DNA of 63,817 nt, counting the filler, from Perkinsus chesapeaki ATCC PRA-425 (Eukaryota; Protista; Perkinsozoa): the NCBI GenBank assembly GCA_013115145.1. It is 8 parts of 8 records of this genome, joined end to end, with 100 filler letters (N's around TTAATTAATTAA, not from the genome) between each part and the next. Parts side by side here need not be neighbours in the genome. Positions count along the whole stretch, not along the records: positions 1 to 26,304 come from JAAPAO010000510.1; 7 more parts are not named here. One strand, given 5' to 3'. The translations under genes were made by a program, and so were the position numbers. Of the stretch, positions 1 through 10,300 are shown piece by piece. A model generated the notes under the pieces. That model was not told the origin of the DNA, did not search any database, and saw only the letters and a program-made list of their open reading frames with translations. How positions within the stretch are numbered: position 1 is the first letter of the stretch; every line of letters begins with the position of its first letter.

Positions 1-523
1 CATTGGCTATGATCTCAACGGCATCGTTCTTCCATACACCAACACATGAGTATGTAGTACCAAGATCAATTCCGATAGCAGGTACTTTATTAGAAGATGA
101 CGACATAGTGTATTTTAAATTCTAGGAAATGAATGAAACTAATTTGATTTGTTGTATAGTAAGTTACCCTCATTATTTAGCTTTTTGTGTGCAAAGCTAA
201 GCTGGATTAGTGACTTGCGTGCTTTTTGTGTCATCACCATATTTTAACCATATCTTGTCAGGGGTCATATTGTCCCTTCTCTATACCACTCCCTCAATAT
301 TATTATCATTATTTAGACATCTTAAAGTAACCTAACCTCCTCACCACCAGGCAATTCTCCAAGTCATGTTAAAAGCGCGCGCCCTAGTAATCGATTGTTT
401 TTAAGATGATGCGCAAGAATTACTCGTGTGGTGTTGACAGCCTTTTGGTGTTACTTATCGACTTGAGTTGAGTAGCATTGGCAATTTGGACATATAAAGT
501 CAGTTTGGTGGTTACCTGCGCCA

Positions 524-1480
524 ATGGAGGGCCAGACTAACACGATATTTGTCCGTAATCTAGCGGTACAGGCAAATGAGCAGAATCTCCGTGATCTCTT
601 CTCGCGGTTGGACCGGGTCCTAAACGTTCAGATAATGACCTTCCCGGGCACAACACTGAGGTAGCAATACTACTGGGCACCGCACTCGAAAGAATATTTA
701 GATACGCTCGGGTCGACTTCGGTACCTCTAATGGCGTTACTGCGGCCCACTCCTTGAACGGACAACCCTTCCACGGGGTAAGTAATTTACCATCGGAGCC
801 GTCCATAGCCATCCAGGTACCTTTAACTGTCTCCGTCACCGATCCTGTTGCTGGTAATCCCTCCGCGCCAGCTCGAGCTCCTTTGCCTAATCTGGTACTA
901 GTAACAACCTTATAAAGGGGAATTTGGTCTTTTTAGGGTACTGTTGTTCCGCAGCAGCTTTCTGGTGCTGTTACTAGTGTAAGGGGGCATCGGGCCTGCG
1001 GTGGGATATATTACTATTAGATACGCCCACAGCCAGGAGTAGGCGTAACGACCATAGGGGGAGGAGTGAGAGATTCTGGCGAGGAACTTATACTGAATAG
1101 GACGGTGATATTTGGGGGATGATTGGAGGAAGGAGCGGTATGAAATTGATAGGTTTATGTATCGGGTTTGGCGAATCAAGTCACATTAGAGGAAGTGAGA
1201 GGAATGTTTGGCCATTTCGGGGAGATCAAGGAGTCGTCTATCGATGTGGTAAGCGAAAGGTCCCTGGTTCGATTCCCCCCTACAGCACCTTCGCTCAGTC
1301 GCCCTATGACCAGGCGCAGTTTGCCCTGGTTGAGTTCCGTAACGAAGCCGCTGCCCAGGTATGATACTCCAAAGGCATGAGCATCATTATTATGTTTAGG
1401 AGGCGATTAGGGTAGGCGAGATACCGTATCGCGGAAGAGTTGTTCGAGTGGAGAAGGCAAAGGAAACTGTGAAGCTGTAA
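524..1480 (+). CDS. RNA-binding protein with two RRM domains (multi-exon)
   Basis: Spliced reading MEGQTNTIFVRNL...YARVDF...SLNGQPFHGVPLTVSV and VYVSGLANQVTLEEVRGMFGHFGEI...AQFALVEFRNEAAAQEAIRVGEIPYRGRVVRVEKAK; RNP2/RNP1-like motifs and GT-AG introns keep frame. Confidence 0.85.
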
Positions 1481-1499
1481 TGGTGGAGGAGGCCTGGGA

Positions 1500-3860
1500 T
1501 GGATATAGGTCATGTCGAGGTTGGTCTTCGTAGGTACCCACCAACAGATGTTGTTTTCGGCAAGCCAATGACAATTGGACGGCATGTGACACCACTGCTA
1601 CCCGGTAACCCGGGCTCACAGATATCGGGGGCGATGAGGACAAGGTAGGGAGAGGGCGGTGGAGGCAGGGAGAAGTCATAGGGGAACGGCAGATGCTAGG
1701 AGCAGAAGGCCCAGGACGTGCTCTTGTTGATCTACGGCCATATTCACGGGGAAATTTCCACTGTGTTAGAGAGGCTTTTCTGCGAGGGCAGATGACTCCT
1801 TGGGAAGGGGAGGACATAATAGGAGGCTGATAGACAGCGGTTGTGTGATGGGGATATTCAGTGGTAGAGCTGGTATGATTGCTGCACCTAGTTGATACTG
1901 GGTGGTAGGGAGATACAAAGCAAAACAGGGCCACGCTTGGAATACGACGGTACTGAAGCCAGGCAGGCGATGTTGGGCCGTTCATAGTAAAGCTGTAGAA
2001 GGAGCAATGTTTTTACTGATGCTTTGTTGGAACGGCCATGCTCATGTGGTCTAGAGACTCAATGGCACAGCTGGCGATTAGGGGGGGATGGTTGTGGAGA
2101 TGAATGTGTTTTAGGCGTGATGAGATTATAGAGGAAGTGGGAGAAGCGGCGCTGCAGATAGAGGACTGGTTGGAGTCGCGAGGGTGAGGATGGTGAAGGA
2201 GGCATGCAGTAGGTTGTTGATACAGGTATTGGCATCCATCCGAGGAGGCAAGGAGAGTTAGGGACGAGTTTAGACGGAAACATCATGGGCACCACTCGAG
2301 GGATAGTGATAGGGGCTCCCGACGGGGAAGTCGATCATCGAGGGGAGGACATCACCGAAGCCGATCGAGAGAGGATAGGGGGAGAGGTAGTAATGGGGGT
2401 AGGATGGCTGATAGGGGATAGTTGAGGGTTAATAAAGGGGTGATAGGGGATAGTTGAGGGTTAATAATAAAGGGGTGATAGGGGATAGTTGAGGGTTAAT
2501 AAAGGGGTGATAGGGGATAGTTGAGGGTTAATAAAGGGCTGATAGGGGATAGTTGAAGTCCTGGGCGGGCAACCGTAGATTAGGTTGCGCTGCAGCTTCT
2601 CCTCAGATTCTCGAGGAGGATACGAGAGGTCGTCAGAGTCTAGACGTTATAGAGATAGCAAACCATCGGGATACCCTCAACCAACTAGTAACGATGAAGC
2701 TGAGTATTGGAGGGAGATGCGCGGTAAAGGTGGTGGAGGAGGAGGGGGTAGAGGTAATATAGGCGGTGGTATGGGGGGCATCTGTTAGACATCTTTCGGG
2801 GCCTCTAGGGGCATAGTGAATGGACCGTTGATAGCCAGTAGGCGTCTAAATACCGGTATTACCTGCTTTGTTGTCGTCGGTGAAATGCACTCTCTCCCCG
2901 ACAGATGGTTGTGTGGCATAAGCGTCGTTATTGATGATGGCGGTTGTTGTCAGGTTATGGCGGGTATTAGGTCACTGAGCAGTGGGGCTGTTATTATTAT
3001 TATAGTGCTTACCATAAAGGGTATCCTGAACCATTGGTGTTAGTGTTGTTGGAGGGGTGTTATGACGATATAGCTTTATATTATATTTATGACCTCCACC
3101 TCCTTCTTTATTATATGTCGAATAGGGATATTGTTAATAGGAGTTGACGGAGGAGCGGTAGGATGTAGCGGCAGTATGCCACGGAATGCAGGATGCTTTA
3201 ATGAGGAGTGAGTACCGTACGGATAGGGGCAGTAGCAGAACCATGTACGCTGCTGCGGGGCTTGGGGTGATGGGCAGCAGTTATACAGAGGTGCGTGTGG
3301 CTTGGATTTGGTAAAGTAGTGGAACTCCAGGGGATGTTCGTATAGCAGTAAGCTGATAACTATACGAGGGTGGAGGCGGGCTAATTTGGTGACCTACCCG
3401 CTCAGTGTCTGTAGGAAGGGTCGTCGTCTGTGGAATATAATAATAGGCCAGCAAAAGTTAGTTATTCGTGCCTGTCGGTTTCGGGTCGATTGTCTACCAA
3501 GAATGAGCTGTGATGTGTGTCCACATATCTCCAAGGCAAGCGAGTCCTCACCGTGGAGGCCGTTGTGGTTAAGCAGGAAGTGGGGGATAGGGAATCTTTT
3601 GAACTGGCATTTGAACTCTCGAACTCGCCTTACTATTGTTCGATCTGTCAGGTATACCTGCGAGGGTTGCTGCGATACTCTGAGGAGCCCTCGAGGCTTT
3701 TGGGGATGCTGGCATTCGGGCTTCTCCTACGAGGAATGCTGTCCACAGTGTCCGGTGAGACAGTGAATTTCGTGGCGCAGTGACGGTATTCTTGGCAGTT
3801 TCGATCAGATCCTCACTGTTTTTCTCCTAATACACCAATAGACTGTCCATCATGTTGTCG
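1500..3860 (-). CDS. probable multi-exon hypothetical protein (Pro-rich segments), structure unresolved
   Basis: Exon-like fragments and GT-AG signals on the minus strand; no recognisable domain. Confidence 0.25.
2409..2556. repeat. 32-bp tandem minisatellite, about 4.5 copies
   Basis: Unit tgataggggatagttgagggttaataaagggg repeated; one copy has an extra aat. Confidence 0.95.
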
Positions 3861-3898
3861 AGTAGGAGGTGAAGATGAGTGTAGGGCGGATAGGGGGC

Positions 3899-3951
3899 AA
3901 AGATATCTTAAGTTGATGCTTACACTGTAAGCATCAACTTAAGATATCTTT
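3899..3951. repeat. perfect inverted repeat, 26-bp arms, 1-nt spacer
   Basis: aaagatatcttaagttgatgcttaca-c-tgtaagcatcaacttaagatatcttt. Confidence 0.95.
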
Positions 3952-4345
3952 AAGCCTTACACGATACTATTTCCAGACATTCTTAAAGAAGCTCTAGAGC
4001 AAATATATCGCTATAGCAAATAAGAGCTACTATATTATTAAAATTAGTGGTAGCCCTATCTGTTCCTCCACGAGCCAGCTCAACTTTGGTACCTAGAAGA
4101 ATGGAACCAATCGGCGAGATTGTCCTTCCATATTTGTGGTTACCGAAGTTATCTAGCTCCCCGTCGTTTAGGGTCATAGCGACCTGAGTTCGCCACCAAT
4201 AGTGATACCTCTGTAGTGTCCGCAGTATACAAGTAACATGCTTTGAGCCATTGTGTGTTTAGGGCACTGGATTTGACTGTAAGGCTGACTCATTGGAAGG
4301 GCTCTAGAGTATTCATAATATCAGCATGCATATAATTACTTCACT

Positions 4346-5095
4346 GTGTTGAAGTATTCATCCTTGTCAGGTAATGCAGTGCTAGCTGCCCTTGGGTTGT
4401 CGTATCGTCATTGTTGTGAGGGCCACTCTACTATATGTGGTCGTGATGAGGTTGTCACTAATGCTCAGTACGGACAGGATACTTTCGTGGCTGAGTGGTT
4501 CGGATGTGACGCTGTGACGCCGAGAAGGTATATTGATATCGGCGCATTCGATGGGAGAAACTTGAGCTCGACCTACGCACTGGAAAGATACTTCAACTTC
4601 TCTACGGGTATCTGCATCGATGCGCACCCGAAAGATTTTACTGGTCGTAAATGCAGTGTGATTAAGGCGGTGGTCGGCAGTGTCGACGGTGCTGAGGTGG
4701 TGTACAGGAGGATCAGCACGGGACTGCTGGAATCACAGGAAAACTCGGGGAGCGTCTCGTGGGTGGTTGGAGTCCAAGACCAGATGGACAGAACGAAGGA
4801 CGGATTGTTTGTCGATGAGAAATCGATCACGCGATCGATTGGGAGTATCTTACTCGAAGCCCGTTGGCTGCCTGGACCGATAGACTTTATCTCGTTAGAT
4901 GTTGAAGGTTCGGAGCTTGCTGCTTTGAAGGGATTCCCTTTCGACATGTACTGTGTGCGGCTGTGGCTCATCGAAGAGCAGCAGCAGCATTCATCGTATC
5001 ATGAAGCTGTCTCTGAGTTCATGGTAAGTCATGGATATGTAGCAGGTCGACTGGTAGGCCTGGACAGAGTGTACACACCTCAGTTTGAGTGTTGA
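4346..5095 (+). CDS. FkbM-family (Methyltransf_21, Star-like) SAM methyltransferase; true start uncertain
   Basis: AQYGQD, YIDIGAFDG, STYALE and IDFISLDVEGSE motifs in one uninterrupted exon. Confidence 0.85.
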   Translation: MLKYSSLSGNAVLAALGLSYRHCCEGHSTICGRDEVVTNAQYGQDTFVAEWFGCDAVTPRRYIDIGAFDGRNLSSTYALERYFNFSTGICIDAHPKDFTGRKCSVIKAVVGSVDGAEVVYRRISTGLLESQENSGSVSWVVGVQDQMDRTKDGLFVDEKSITRSIGSILLEARWLPGPIDFISLDVEGSELAALKGFPFDMYCVRLWLIEEQQQHSSYHEAVSEFMVSHGYVAGRLVGLDRVYTPQFEC

Positions 5096-5379
5096 AGGTT
5101 GGTTCGACTTGAGTTCAGTTGAGACTAAGGGAAGTTGGACGCCTGGATGGGGCGTCGATCTCACTAGTAGATCCGAGTTAGATCTGAGATGGGGAGTAAT
5201 CGCTGATGGGAGGGCAAGGGAAGAGGAGGAGGCCAGTTGCTTTGTTGGGGGTGCGGGCTGACCTGTTGGTTGGTAGCGAACTGAAACATTACCATAACGA
5301 ATAATAATAAGTTATTTAATTAATAACGTTGCAATCATTTACGGTAAATAATACCAATATATATCGGCAAGGCTCTGTG

Positions 5380-6480
5380 TTGAGTAGTTCATGCTTTGGT
5401 CAGTGGAATATGTTATCACTTTTGGTAATTGTAGCAGCACTCTCAGTGAGGTCCAAGAGTAACTGGTGCCCACCATTCAGGCCAGCCAGCGGAGGGTGCT
5501 ATGACGGACAGTCGACCATGTCGAATTGGTACTTTACTGTCTTACTTCGGTTACTTTACCGATCATCGGTTGATCGAAGGGGGGAGTAGTTACCGTACAA
5601 GGGGATGACATGGTTTGACATTTGGACAGTTGTGCAGTCGGCAGCAGCTGAGGGCAAACCACACAATTCGCCAGGGCATTAGGGCGGTTAGCTCAGTCCT
5701 TTGCGTAGAGTTAGGGCATCTTTCCGACCAGGTTACTGTGCTATAACGTATCCTATATCTACGAGGAGGACGGCATCCAACCAGTGGTGCCTACGACCAT
5801 CGAGATCAGATGCTCCAACGTATCATCCACCCCAGGGTCAGGTTTAGCTCGCCTTGAATGCCATGATGGTAACTCGACAGTAGCAGTTGAGTTGCTGACC
5901 TCCGAATAGGTCAATGGGGGCCTCTTGATCAGCGATGTCGCGCTGGGGAGGGTCTGGTGTGGGCGCTGGAGCTACCTTCGACGCAGGTGGCTGTTGCTGA
6001 GCTCAGAGTGTTCGAGGATGCTGAATGTCTGATGGAGTGAGGGGTGGTATATAGCTCTGTGGCTGGGAAGGGATAAAGGATATAATAATAATTATTAGGG
6101 GGCTGATGGTGGTGGATCATTTAGTACATTCAAAACATTATAAGATTATGATCGAGTGTCAGTATTTAATAATTAGATTGATTATTGATTGGGATGTATA
6201 ATAACTAGCAATTGTCTGGTCCCTCGAGCAAGTGGACGACAACATCTCATGGAGCCACAGCAGTGTTTGTGCAAGGCTGCTGTCAGATTGGCAATCAATG
6301 ACATCATTGACGTTCGAGAGAGCTACGCCGAGGCTCTATACGACGGTCGCCCTGATACCTATTACTCCTTTAAGACGGAGGACAGGGAGCTTAAGACGGT
6401 TGTAGGGTGTGAAGGGGTGGGCAAGGGAGTCATGCTTGTTGCAGTACTTGCATTTTCGGAGGCAATTGAAGAAGGTTGAC
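5380..6480 (+). CDS. probable multi-exon Cys-containing hypothetical protein
   Basis: Exon-like stretches NWCPPFRPASGGCYDG and LCYNVSYIYEEDGIQPVVPTTIEIRC; exon chain not fully resolved. Confidence 0.3.
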
Positions 6481-6742
6481 TGCGTCCGATTGAGGCAGGT
6501 GGCACTCGGGAGGGTTTGCCTGCTCTGAAAACCAACTGATATAATTTCTAGGATCGCTGAATTGGTTCAAAATCTACACCATGTGTCCTGTGGATCTATG
6601 GAAGGTGTCTTCGCACGGTCAGGGGCCACGTAGTGTTATTAGGTCGGCGGTGCAGCTTTGCAGCAATTCACTCTGTCGAAGTGGACAGGCTCTTTGTGGC
6701 GTAGCGTAGCTGTGATGATAGTAGAGGAAGATACGACAAAGA

Positions 6743-7788
6743 ATGGAGGTTGCCACAATGCGGGATCTTGTGGAGATACTGCTGATAGGTTGGCTCAGTT
6801 GGTCAATTGCGGATGAGCTGCCACCAGCAGTCATGTGTTTGGATGACCCAATCGACCCCGGCAAGTACTGGATCCACGCCTCCAGTGGAGAGTCCATCGT
6901 CGGTAAGGGAGGGGGGGGCCTCCTCGGCCAACAGGGACGCCTAAGGCTCTCAGGATCTGAGCGGACGGTTTCATGCGCCCAGGGCTTCACGTCTGCAGCG
7001 GTTACGAATACTTTGACAATAAGGTGTACAGATAAGGGGGAGTGGAGCCCATGGCCAGTGCCCACGGAAAGGCTAGAGTGTAGTTGTTGGTGGAGGTTGA
7101 GGCTAAGGGCTTACAGTGCCCTAGGTGTACCATCTGATCCATATCTGCTGGATAGTGGGGGAAGTGATAGGGTTGATAAGGAGGGAGGAGGCGGCGGCGG
7201 TGGCGCTGCGTTAGGTGTTCTTGGAGGCCTGTTGGCGGGGATCTTAGGGGTAGGGTGGTGATTCATGTGGATTCATTTAATAAGGTCAGGCAGCCTCCTT
7301 TTGCTATGTTGCCAGGAGAGTTGTTAACCAGAAGCGTGTGGATAGGTTGGCACGGAGGGACAGGGAGATGGCTGACATTGGGTTGAAGGCTCTGCAGGAG
7401 GAGACCAACGGTGAGGGATGCTGCTGCCCCTGAGGCTGAGCTGGTTGTTGAGGAACTCTGCGGGGCGGTTGAATGAGTTCGACTATATGGTATTTTTTAT
7501 CAGTGACTCCGCCGCCGTCCCTACCGACTTTCACCATCAAGGTGAAGGACAAGATGGATACTCTCCCTCTCATGGAGCGTGGCAGTGTTGGGTTGGCAGC
7601 GAAAGCGCAGCAGTTGTTACCTTCGAGACGATCGTCATCTGAGGATGCTCCGATGCTGAGAGGAGATGTATCCTACCGGGGCCGAAATAGCGTAGGCAAG
7701 GTGTCATGTCTGCTATTACTACTCCTTGTTGATGCAGGGCGGCAAGATGAGGACATCGTCTGCTATGTTGGGGAGGCCATCCGGGTGA
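6743..7788 (+). CDS. single-pass membrane protein with signal peptide and sushi/CCP-like module
   Basis: Hydrophobic N-terminus, TVSCAQGF...TIRCTDKGEWSP, TM ALGVLGGLLAGILG..., then spliced charged cytoplasmic tail to TGA 7786-7788. Confidence 0.6.
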
Positions 7789-7796
7789 GGTAGGTG

Positions 7797-8185
7797 TCAT
7801 GAGAGACTCTTCATTCGATGTGAGTAGGTTGGAGGGTCGGCCTCAGATGGCCGGGATACCATCCCCTCCTCCAGCACCGCAGACGATACCGCGTAGGAAT
7901 GAGAGGTGAATCTACGAGGAGCTGATTCGATCAGGCGCGGCTTCGGAGAGATCTCTCCACGGAGCGCCTGCTGGACGGAGGCGTCGGTTGGAGGAAGGAG
8001 CCACGGGTCGACACCGGAGCGAGTCGTCCACTTCGAGGAGCTATCGTCCATATCATGGCATTGATCCACGTCGAATGGGCTGATGACATTGTTACCTTAT
8101 AGAGGAGGTGTTGCGTTGATGCATATTGATGGCAGCCGTTGGGTCGAATCGGATCGCGCACAGGGGGGTTTACCAATATCTTCAT
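7797..8185 (-). CDS. small two-exon hypothetical protein
   Basis: ORFs 7931-8185 and 7797-8069 appear joinable by an intron. Confidence 0.3.
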
Positions 8186-8336
8186 CCAGGATCAGTTCGG
8201 GCTATAGAGTTTTGAGACAGCAGATGGTGTCCTTCCAGAGCCATATTGAAAATACGTGGGCCAGTGAGAGTCCGCCATCATTCGTCTGGTCAACGCCATC
8301 AGTCTTTGCCTCCTGCAGACTCTACTTTACCTTCTC

Positions 8337-10194
8337 ATGAGCTTCTGCTTCAGCAAGGCGGCGACGTTCCTCCTTTTGTCGTGTACGATATCCCTACTAG
8401 TGTCCGCAGGGCCATCCTCCTCCTCATCCACCACCCCGACGGAGCCCTTCGCGGTGCCGAGCCGTATAAGGTTCTCAAAGCCGTTGGCTGGTCCTTCCAG
8501 TCCTTCGTCACGTTACGGAGGTGCATTCATCTCTATGGGAGAAGACTCGGTCTACCTCATCGGTGGGTGCACTCTTCGCAGTGATGGCTCTAAGGTGCTC
8601 CACAATGACATGTGGGAGCTTCGGCTTGGCCCTGAGAATCAGGCTGAATGGTTCCAAGTGGCAGAGGCCTGCCCATGGGCCCCTCGCATGCTTCACGCCG
8701 TGGTCCAACTCGATGATGGTTCCTTGGTCCTCAGCGGTGGTGAGACCGAAGAGGGTCTGGCCAGCGACGTGTGGATCTACTCTACAGAGACCAAGCAGTG
8801 GCGGCTTATAACCGAGTCGGCGCCATGGAAGGGTAGAGCTGGTCACGTGATGATGGTGGCCGAAGACTACGTCTACCTCAGCGGTGGGTTTGTGCACCAA
8901 CGGTCCGAGGGAAATTGTGATATATGGCGCGCAAGCCCTTTTGCCCTGGAGAGATGGAAGCTGATCAGCACCTACTCGAAAGCCAAGACATGTCCGGTGT
9001 TCCCGGGATACGCCATCCCTCCGCCGAGCATTCCCGAGACAGTATCGATGTTCGCAGGGAGGAGTGTGAGGATGTTGGACTCCCAGGTCACATTCCACAA
9101 TGCCGAATGGGAGGTGACACCCTCGGACAAAAGCTACAGCGGGTGGCGCATGGTGCGAAGCAAGGCTCCATGGGATCCGAGGTTCGCTCCCGGCATGGCA
9201 GCCACTGAGGACGCGGTAGTCCTGGTCGGGGGTCAGGCGTGCCGGGCCAACTCGAAGGGCAAGACCTGTGACCCGGAGCCACTCGGGGATATCTGGGTAC
9301 GAATGAAGGGCATGGAGTGGATCCCCGCACCAGATGAGCTGCCAAAGGCAGTGGCCTTCCCAGCTGTGGTGGCGCTGCAGAACAAGATCATCATCTTCGG
9401 CGGCCGAGGCTCCGATGGCACTTCAGATGACCTCTACGTCACCTGTGACTACGGCTACCAGGTTGATCCAACTGGCTGGGACTGCCAGCTCTGTCCCAAT
9501 GGAACGTCCCCGGGAAGGGTAGGTGGTGCAGCATCGAAGTGGCGTGAGAGTGTTGTGGTTTAGTTTGGGGCGTGCTTGGATGACAGCGAGTTGCAGAGGA
9601 CACCCTTCCAGATCACCGAGCAGGACATGCGGCGTCGACTTACTGAGAGAGCTGGTGAGGAATCCTTAACAGTGCGGCGGCGGAATGAAGCGTATCTTAG
9701 GTCAAAGAACGACTGCAGACAAGATCAATGATTTCGTGGTTCTAGTATTGCTTATCATATTCTTCGCTCTCGGAACGTAACGTATCTATGTTGGACCCTG
9801 CAAGATTCCCCCGAGGTCAGGTACATGAGCTGCAGGAAGGCCCAGTGGAAGAGAGAACAAGCAGCGCTGAAGGAGGAGGAAGAACGGAAACGTGAGGAGG
9901 AGGATAAGGCTAAGAAGGCAGAGGAGGAAGAAAAGGAAAAGAGAAGGAAAAACAAGCACAAGCATGGCAAGAAAGCGGATGCCATCGAGGACAAGAGCGC
10001 GGAGCCAGCAGCAGCCCCCAGCGAGGAGTAAGCCCCCTTCACGGCGTGTGGCTCAGTGTTTGGCATTCAGGTCCTTGGATGATGATACCAAAGCAGAGAT
10101 GATGTCTAGTGATAAGCAAGAGGAGCAGCTGCGCCAGCGGCCTGTCAAGACTGGAGATAGTTCAGCGAAGAATAGAAGTCGAAGCCTTGATTAA
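8337..10194 (+). CDS. secreted kelch-repeat beta-propeller protein with Cys-rich module and charged C-terminus
   Basis: Signal peptide; repeated YLIGG/LSGGE/YLSGGF/LVGGQ/IFGGR with WxxR motifs; CDYGY...CQLCPNG; spliced Glu/Lys-rich tail ending at TAA 10192-10194. Confidence 0.8.
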
Positions 10195-10300
10195 ACTGAT
10201 GTGTTTCACTTCTTCCTTCTCACGCCTGCCTTTTGTTGTTCAATACACTAGGGACAGCTAGAGGTGTCAGAAACCTTAGCTTTCGGCAGCGCTCGGCATA

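Noticed and set aside
6786-6800. A-box-like TGGCTCAGTTGG
   Set aside because: Within coding sequence (GWLSWS) with no downstream tRNA structure
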